From the human T2T-CHM13v2.0 reference genome, Homo sapiens, in the NCBI RefSeq assembly GCF_009914755.1, contig NC_060930.1: DNA of 64,000 nt; one strand, 5' to 3'. The position numbers were made by a program, and so were the translations under genes. The number at the start of each line of letters is the position of its first letter. The first letter of the stretch is position 1. Below, one piece after another: positions 56,576-64,000 of this stretch. Below the pieces are notes generated by a model. It was not told the DNA's origin, did no database searches, and saw only the letters and a list, made by a program, of their open reading frames with translations.

Positions 56576-57568
56576 ACTATAATGAAAAATGACATTGGTA
56601 AAAATACTAGTCCCTAGGTCACACCTCAACATCTTCTCTTTAGAGGAACTTTCTTTGTTTGCTATAAATTTCTTTAGATGAAGATGATGTTGGATTTGTA
56701 TTCAAAACAGTATAGATCTTTAAAAGATATGTGGGCTTCAGAGGAGAGGCCTCAGTTATGTTACGCAGACAGTGTCAAAGCTTCCTCTGTTGCCAGTTTC
56801 CAGAACCACTGTCATGAAAAATGGAGTAAATTATAACATGTACCCTGCTGATGCAGGCTGAAGTTTCCATCTCAAAGGTTCTGATCCTGGCTTTATACTT
56901 TCAAAATATCATAAACTATTATTGTAGTACTCTGGCAAATGGGAAATAATTGTCAGCAATGCTCAATGGTTTGAAGAAGGCTATTGCTTAAAAAGTTCAA
57001 GGTGCTTTATTCCCTCTGTGAAGAATGCTTGTCTTCCCTTCAGTCATCATCTCTCACAAAATCAAGCATACTGACATCTTGAAAACATGCTTCTTTCCAG
57101 ACAGGTACATCTTTGCCTCAGTCATAAAGCTGAAAGGACTACTGTACTCTTTAATGGGATTTCCAGGCAGTGGGAAGATGATCTGAAAGCCCAAACTAAT
57201 AAACGCCTGTCTCTGCTTGTGACCTAGAAAATACTTCCCTTTGGTGGGCAGAAAGACTCTGTGTCACTGAAATTGCTTTGGAGGGATGTCATTTCATGTT
57301 TGGAGGTGTGAGTTGAGCTCAATCTGCTGAATAGCTCTCAACAATTGCCCTTTGGTACAATAAATAAAGAAGTTTGAAATTCTGAAGCAATACCTGCTCT
57401 TCTCTGCTAAAATAAGATTAGCATTCATTTTGCCACAAAAAGGAAAAAAAAGGTCATTTTTAAAGAAGAAGAAGGATTTATTCAATATTACTTGAAGGAA
57501 CAAATACTTGATTTCTATTATTCCTGCTGTTTTTAACTGTCAACCTATTTAGTCCCCAGCCCTGATAT

Positions 57569-57586
57569 CACACACACACACACACA
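57569..57586. repeat. (CA)9 microsatellite
   Basis: cacacacacacacacaca. Confidence 0.85.
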
Positions 57587-59365
57587 AAACAGGGTAAAAA
57601 AAGACATAACAGAAAACACTTCAATAGAAAGCATGTTATAGCACATAGACCTTTGAATAAAGATGTCTATATGTGCTGCTATTACGAGAACACACAATAT
57701 TTTTTTAATGGTGGCTGGAGTGCTAATAGTGCACAGATTTGCATAAACTGACTTGCTGATCAGTGCTCATGTCCAGAAACTGGAACACCTCCTGAGAAAT
57801 AGTTAATGGACCCCCATGCTCAGAAATCAACACTGAATTCACAAATATTCAATTATGTGTATTTTGCTTGAAGGTCATCCAAAATAACACATAAGTTATT
57901 TAAGGATGGATAAGTACCTTTCAATAACAAATGTCCTCCTAAAATTGGTATTTGTTGTATTATTCATTCAATTTATTGAATAATTTTGTATTACTATATG
58001 GTATATGAATCTCCCCTATCTACTGCTCTCATTGCTATATCTTATGTTTATAAAATGCTTAGTTGATTGGAAAAGATACAATATCACCCCTAAGGCCATA
58101 CCTACCTAAATCAACCAGTTTAATCATTTTCATAGATATGATTAGAGTAATTCAATAACAGAAGATTAACTGGTTAAAAAACCTATGGGTCAAAGGGCTG
58201 TTTCTGTCAAAAACAAATGAGAAGTAAACTAGTCTATGAGACTGCCATTTTTTAAAAAAATAGACTATTTTACTGAAGTGTGACATTTATAGATGAAAGT
58301 GTTCTTATTCTAACGACAAAATTACACACCAACATAGCCACATCCCAAGAAAATTAAAAAAAAATAGAAACACCACAGAAGACACCTATCAGTATCATTT
58401 CAAATACTATAGCTTTGTCTGTTGTTGCACATTGTATAAATGGAAGATAAGTGCCTGGTTTCTTTTGATTGATATTCTAGTGTTGAGATTATCCCATGTG
58501 ATTTTTTCATGGAAGTAATTTACTAATATTCTCACTGTGTAAATTCAGATTGTATGACTATAGTACAATCTATTTCTCTATTCTATTCTTAGTGAATATT
58601 TAAGTTACTTGTAGTTGTTAACTATTAAAATTAACTTTATTATGATTATCTTTTCTCACTTATTCTATCAATGTGGTAATTTTCATTGATTTCCAAGTGT
58701 TAAGTTCATCTTGCATTACTAAAATAGACACAAATCTGTTTGTTTTCCTTTTTATACATTAACCTATTTGGTTTACTAATATTTTGTTTGGGGTTTTTGT
58801 GAACATGTTTATGAAAAATATTGGCATTTAATTTTCCCTCTTGTAAATCTACTTGTCAGTTATTTGGGGGTATATATTATGCTTCCTCATAGCTTGAGTT
58901 TGCAAGTAATTTCTCCTTTTATCTTTGTGATGTCCGTACTATCTGTAATAATGTCACTTTTTAAATCATCCATATTAATTTTTTGTGCATTCTCTCATTT
59001 TGATTTATGATTAGTATCATTAGGATTTGTCATTTTTATTAAAACAATGTTTGGCTTTGTTGACACTTTCTATGTTTTTCTTTTATAACTATCTGTAATT
59101 TATGTTCTCAGTTTATTATGCCCATCCTCAGCTTTCTTTTTGCTTAACTGGTTTTTGATTTAGCTTCTCAAATTAGAAGTACAGTTCATCCATTTTTTGC
59201 CACTTTTTAATTATAATACCTAATAAAGAACATAATCTCCCAGTTAAGCATAGCTTTAGTTGCATCTTAAAATTATTATATGCAATATTTTATCATTTTT
59301 TATTTCAAATTATATTTTGTGTTTTCTAGTTTGACCCATAGATTACTTAGAAGTGCATGGTCTAA

Positions 59366-61614
59366 GAAGAACTGGTACGAATTTTACTAAAACTATTCCG
59401 AAATAATGAATAGAGGGGATTCCTCCCTAACTCATTCTATGAAACCAGTATCATCATGACATCAAAATCTGATAAGGACACAACAACAACAACAAAAACT
59501 AAGGGCCAGTATGTATCCCTAATTAACATGGATGCAAAAATCTTCAACAAAATACTAGCAAACCAAAACCAATAGTACATCAAAAGTATAATCCATCACA
59601 ATCAAATGAGTTTTATTCTAGGGATGCAAGAATGGTTGAACGAATGAATATCAATAAATGTGATTCACCACATAAACAGAATTAAAAAGAAAAACCATAT
59701 GAATATCTCAATAGATGCAGCAAAAGCATGCATTAAAATCCAACATTCCCTTGTGATTAAAAACCCTCAAAAAACTAGGCATTGAAGGAACATATCTCAA
59801 AATAATAAGAGCCATCTAAGACAAACCAACAGCTAACATCATGCTGAATGGGCAAAAGTTGAAGGCATTCCCCCTAAGAACTAGAAAAAGACAAAGATGT
59901 TCACTCCCACCACTCCTGTTCAACATATGACTGAAAATCCTAGCCAGAGCAATCAGGCAAGAGAAAAAAGTAAAAGGTATTCAAACTGGAAAAGGGGAAG
60001 ACAAATTATTTCTGTTTGCTGATAACATAATTTTATACTTAGAAAAACTCTAATGATTCTTCCAAAAGACTCCTAGACTTGATAAATGTCTTCAATAAAG
60101 TTTCAGGATACAAAATTAATGTAAAAAAATCAGTTTCATTTCTATGTACCAACAACATTCAAGCTGGGAACCAAATCAATAACTCAATCACATTTACAAT
60201 AGCCACACACACAAAATAAAATACTAGGGATACATTTAACCAAGGAGGTGAAGGATCTCTACAAGATGAACTACAAAATACTGATGAAAGAAATCATAGA
60301 TGACACAAACAAATGGAAAAATATCTTAAGCTCATGGATTGGAAGAATTAATATTGCTAAAATGACCATACTGCCTAAAGCAACTTACATATTCAGCACA
60401 AGTCTGTGAAATTACCAATGCGTTTTTCATTAATTTAGAAAAAAATGAATTAAAGACAAATGTAAGTCATGAAACTCTAAAAATACTATAAGAACACCCA
60501 AGGAAAACTCTTCTGGACATTGGCCTAGGCAAAGAATTTATGACTAAGACCTCAAAAGCAATCAAACACAGACACAAATTGACAATTGGGACTTAATTAA
60601 ACTAAACAGCTTCTGTACAGCAAAAGAAACAATAAACAGAGTAAACAGGCAACCTACAGAATGGGAGAAAATATCTGCAAGCTACATATCCAACAAAAGA
60701 CTAATATTCAGAATCTATGAGGAACTCAAACAAATCAAGAAATCAAGAAAAAATAAACAACTCCATTAAAAAGTGGACCAAATCATTTTTCAAAAGATAA
60801 TATACAAATGCCCAACAAAGAAATCAAAAAGTGCTCAACATCACTAAATATCAGGGAAATGTAAATTAAAACTACAATGAGATACCATCTCACACCAGTC
60901 AAAATGGCTACTATTAAAAAGTCAAAAAAAAAACAGATGTTGGTGAGAATGTGGAGAAAAGTGAACAGTTACACATTGTTTGTGGGAATGTAAATTAGTA
61001 CAATCCCTATGAAAAAGAGTATGAAGATTTCTCAGAGAACTAAAAATAGAACTACCATTCAACCTAGCAATCCCACTACTAGGTACCTACCCAAAGGAAA
61101 AGAAATCATTATATCAAAAAGACCCCTTCACTCATATGGTTATCACAGCACTATTCAAGATAGCAAGGTCATGGAATCAACCTAAGTGTCCATCAACTGA
61201 TGACTGGATAAAGAAAATGTGCCATATCTACCCCTCAGAATACTACTACATAGTCATAAAAAAGAATGAAATCATGACTTTTGCAGCAGCACAGTGAGCT
61301 CAAGGGCATTATCCTAAGTGAAATAACTCAAAAATAGAATATCAAATACATGTTCTCACTCATAAAAGCAGGAGGTAAACAATGGGTATATAGGCACATA
61401 CAGTGAGAAATAATAGACTGGGGACTCCAAAAGGAGGGAGAAGTAGAGGGGGATGAGGGTTGAAAAATTACGTATTGGGTAGAATGTTCATTATTAGGGA
61501 GATAAGTACACTAGAAGCCCAAACTTCACCATTACACAGCATATCCATGTAACGAACTTGCCCATGTACCCCCCTGAACCTGTAAAAATAAAAACAAATA
61601 AGAATAAAATAAAA
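59366..61614 (+). mobile_element. 5'-truncated L1PB with internal deletion
   Basis: ORF2 remnants (ctgtttgctgataacata), L1PB 3'UTR gtacactagaagcccaaacttcaccattac; degenerate 17-bp TSD agaagtgcatggtctaa (59349-59365) / agaaatgcattgcctaa (61615-61631). Confidence 0.92.
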
Positions 61615-62559
61615 AGAAATGCATTGCCTAATTTGTAAACATATGGGGATTTCCAATTATCATTTTGTAATTAATTTATACGTTAATTCCACTATAGTCA
61701 GAGAAAATGCTCTGCATATTTTAAGTTGAGATTTGAAATGATTTGTTTTGTGGCCCAACATACAGTCAATTTTTTAAAAAATGTTTTATCTATGCTTGAA
61801 AATAATGTGTATTCTTTTATCACTGTATGCAATATTCACTAGGTCAGGCAAAATTTAATCATTGCATTGTTTAAAACTTTTATAAATTTATTAATTTTAC
61901 ATGTTTTTTCTTATCTCTTGCTGAAAAAAGTGTGTTATCTTCCATTATAATTGTGCATTTCTATAATTCTTTTAGTTCTATCATCTTTACCTTATATTTT
62001 TATTCTATATTTTATTAAGAGCATATAAATTTAGAATGATAATATTTTCCTGGTGAATAAAACATTTTATCATTATACAATGTGCCTTTCTGTTTCTAGC
62101 AATGTTTTTAACTTAAAATCTACTTTGTTATATATTAGTGTAGCTTCATCTACTTTCTCCTACATCTCTTTATTTTGAGGGATGCATGTCTAATTATAAT
62201 ATATCTCTATGTCTAATTATAGTATATCATTTGTAAGCAACTTCTAGGTAGAAGTTATTTGACCTTTTTATTCAGTCTGACAAGCTTTGTCTTTTAGAAT
62301 TGCAGTATATAGTTTATTTACATTTAATCAAAATACCAATAAATATTGGCTTAAATTCACCATATTTTTATTTGGTTTATAGTTGTACACATCCTATGTT
62401 CCTTTTTCTCTCCTGTCTTCCCTTTTAAAATATTTCTTCATCATTTTATTTCCCATTTATTAGATTATTTAAATTATATTACTATTCTTTTAGTGTTTAC
62501 TCATAAAATTAGAATGTGACTTCTTGATTTATTAAACTCTAATGAAAATTAATACTGTT

Positions 62560-62692
62560 AAAGAATGAAAATGTAATTTATCATTCAACACAGGACACTT
62601 TGAGAGTGAAACGGCACCCTATCATTAATTATGTCTGATAAGAGGCCTAATGCAAACCAGAACTTACAGTCAGCCCATATGTTTACCACTTT
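62560..62692. mobile_element. MER94-like (hAT-Blackjack) remnant
   Basis: taatttatcattcaacacaggacactttgagagtgaaacgg...catatgtttaccac. Confidence 0.7.
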
Positions 62693-63442
62693 CCAGGCAA
62701 TACACGAACCATAGAACACAATTACTCTCTTTATCCTCCTCCTGATTTATGTGTTATATTGTTGTGTATTTTAATTCTAAATATATTTGAAACCTAAAAC
62801 ACATTATTATTGTTTTGTATAGTGAATATTTATTTATATTTACAAATATATTTACTGAATCTCCAGACAAATCTGTGATTATTTTCCTTTTGCCTAGAGA
62901 ACATTCTCAAGTGTTTATTTTGGTGTAGCATGGATAGAGATAATTTCTTGGAATAATTTTGTGAAAAAAATTTTTATTTTCTAAAATATATTTCCACTGA
63001 ATATAAAATTATAGTTTGGAAATAATTTTCTTTCAGTGCTTTCAAGATATCATTCTATTAACTTCTAGTTTCCATCATTTATCGTAAGTCAGCTGTCATT
63101 CTTGTTATTCTTTTTTGAGATTTAATACACCTTTTTATTCTGATTCTTTAATATGAATGTCTTTGTCTTTTGCTCGCAGCAGTTTTTCTATAATGTGCCT
63201 ACATGTGATTTCCTTTATATTTACCATGCTTAGAGTTTTAGAACTTCTCAAAACCATAGCTCAATACATTTCTTCAGTTTTTTAAAATTCTCTATCATTA
63301 TTTCTTCAAATTTTTATTGTTGTCATTTATTATTTTTCATAATTTCCATTTATCTGCTAAAATTCTCCATCTTGTCTTTGAATTGTACAAACACATAGTC
63401 ATTTTGAAGTGTGCCATATAACTTAATTTTCTGGATAACCTG

Positions 63443-63952
63443 TGTGTTAGGTATCATGATGAATCCCCAAAGATGTCCACATCTAACTTGAAACCCGTGT
63501 ATATGTTAGGTTACAAAGAAAATGGGAATTAAGATTCAGATGTAATTTAGTTTATGAATAAGCTAATTTTAAGCTCGAAAGATTATTCTGGATTATCCTG
63601 AAGGGTTTAATACAATCATAAATGCCCTTATCAGTAAAAAAGGAAATAGAAGAGGCAGAACCAGAGATTTGCAGTGTCAGAAATATTCTGCCTGAGGTTG
63701 CTGGCTGTAAAACACGGAGGAATGGAGCCATTAGTTATGAAATTCAGATAGTCTCCAACATCTGGAAAAGCAAAAGATATGTGTTCTCTTCTAGAGCCTC
63801 CAGAAATAACACAATCCTGCTGATACTGAGTTTAGCCCAGTGAGACTCATTTCAGACTTCTGTCCTCAAGGACTGTAGTTCCTAAGTTCACATTGTCACT
63901 AAGTTTATGATAATTTGTTACCACATCCATACATCCACAGAAAACCAGTACA
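63443..63952 (+). mobile_element. MLT1D-like MaLR solo LTR
   Basis: ccccaaagatgtccacatc...gattattctggattatcc...ctagagcctccagaa...tttagcccagtgagactcatttcagacttctg...gaaaaccagtaca. Confidence 0.85.
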
Positions 63953-64000
63953 CCTTGTAAGTCTATTTCTCCTGTCTTTTTTTTTCTTTTATTTTAGTCA

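Larger units (their letters stand above)
58250..63430 (-). mobile_element. Ancient L1ME-type element hosting nested L1PB and MER94 insertions
   Basis: T-rich antisense L1M motifs (tttactaatattttgttt; ttaattccactatagtcagagaaaatgctctg; atgcttgaaaataatgtgtattct) that continue across the L1PB. Confidence 0.75.

Overview
AT-rich, CpG-poor primate genomic DNA, almost certainly human because it contains an L1HS-Ta element. It looks like an intergenic region or the interior of a very long intron. No protein-coding exon, RNA gene or CpG island is recognisable. The long ORFs are broken L1 ORF2 pieces or chance readings of Alu, THE1 or AT-rich sequence. Roughly half of the window is interspersed repeat: L1HS-Ta0, L1PA, L1PB and L1M elements; AluY, AluS, AluJ and FLAM; a full THE1A provirus; MLT2A2 split by LTR8; LTR16, MST and MLT1 LTRs; Tigger4a, MER81, MER94, MER3 and MER5 DNA transposons; and many MIR and L2 relics. 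The most notable observations are: (1) a pair of well-formed plus-strand exon candidates at 14.0 and 15.0 kb with a Kozak ATG and an ORF that stays open across the predicted splice; (2) a chimeric, TSD-less L1PA carrying a 3'-transduction-like tail; (3) an inverted copy of THE1A internal sequence abutting a 29-bp near-perfect palindrome just outside the provirus; (4) an L1HS-Ta0 with no clear TSD; (5) several template-switch scars and a triple MEF2-motif cluster. I found no convincing new biological system. Repeat subfamily calls come from remembered consensus sequences, and boundaries of old repeats are approximate.
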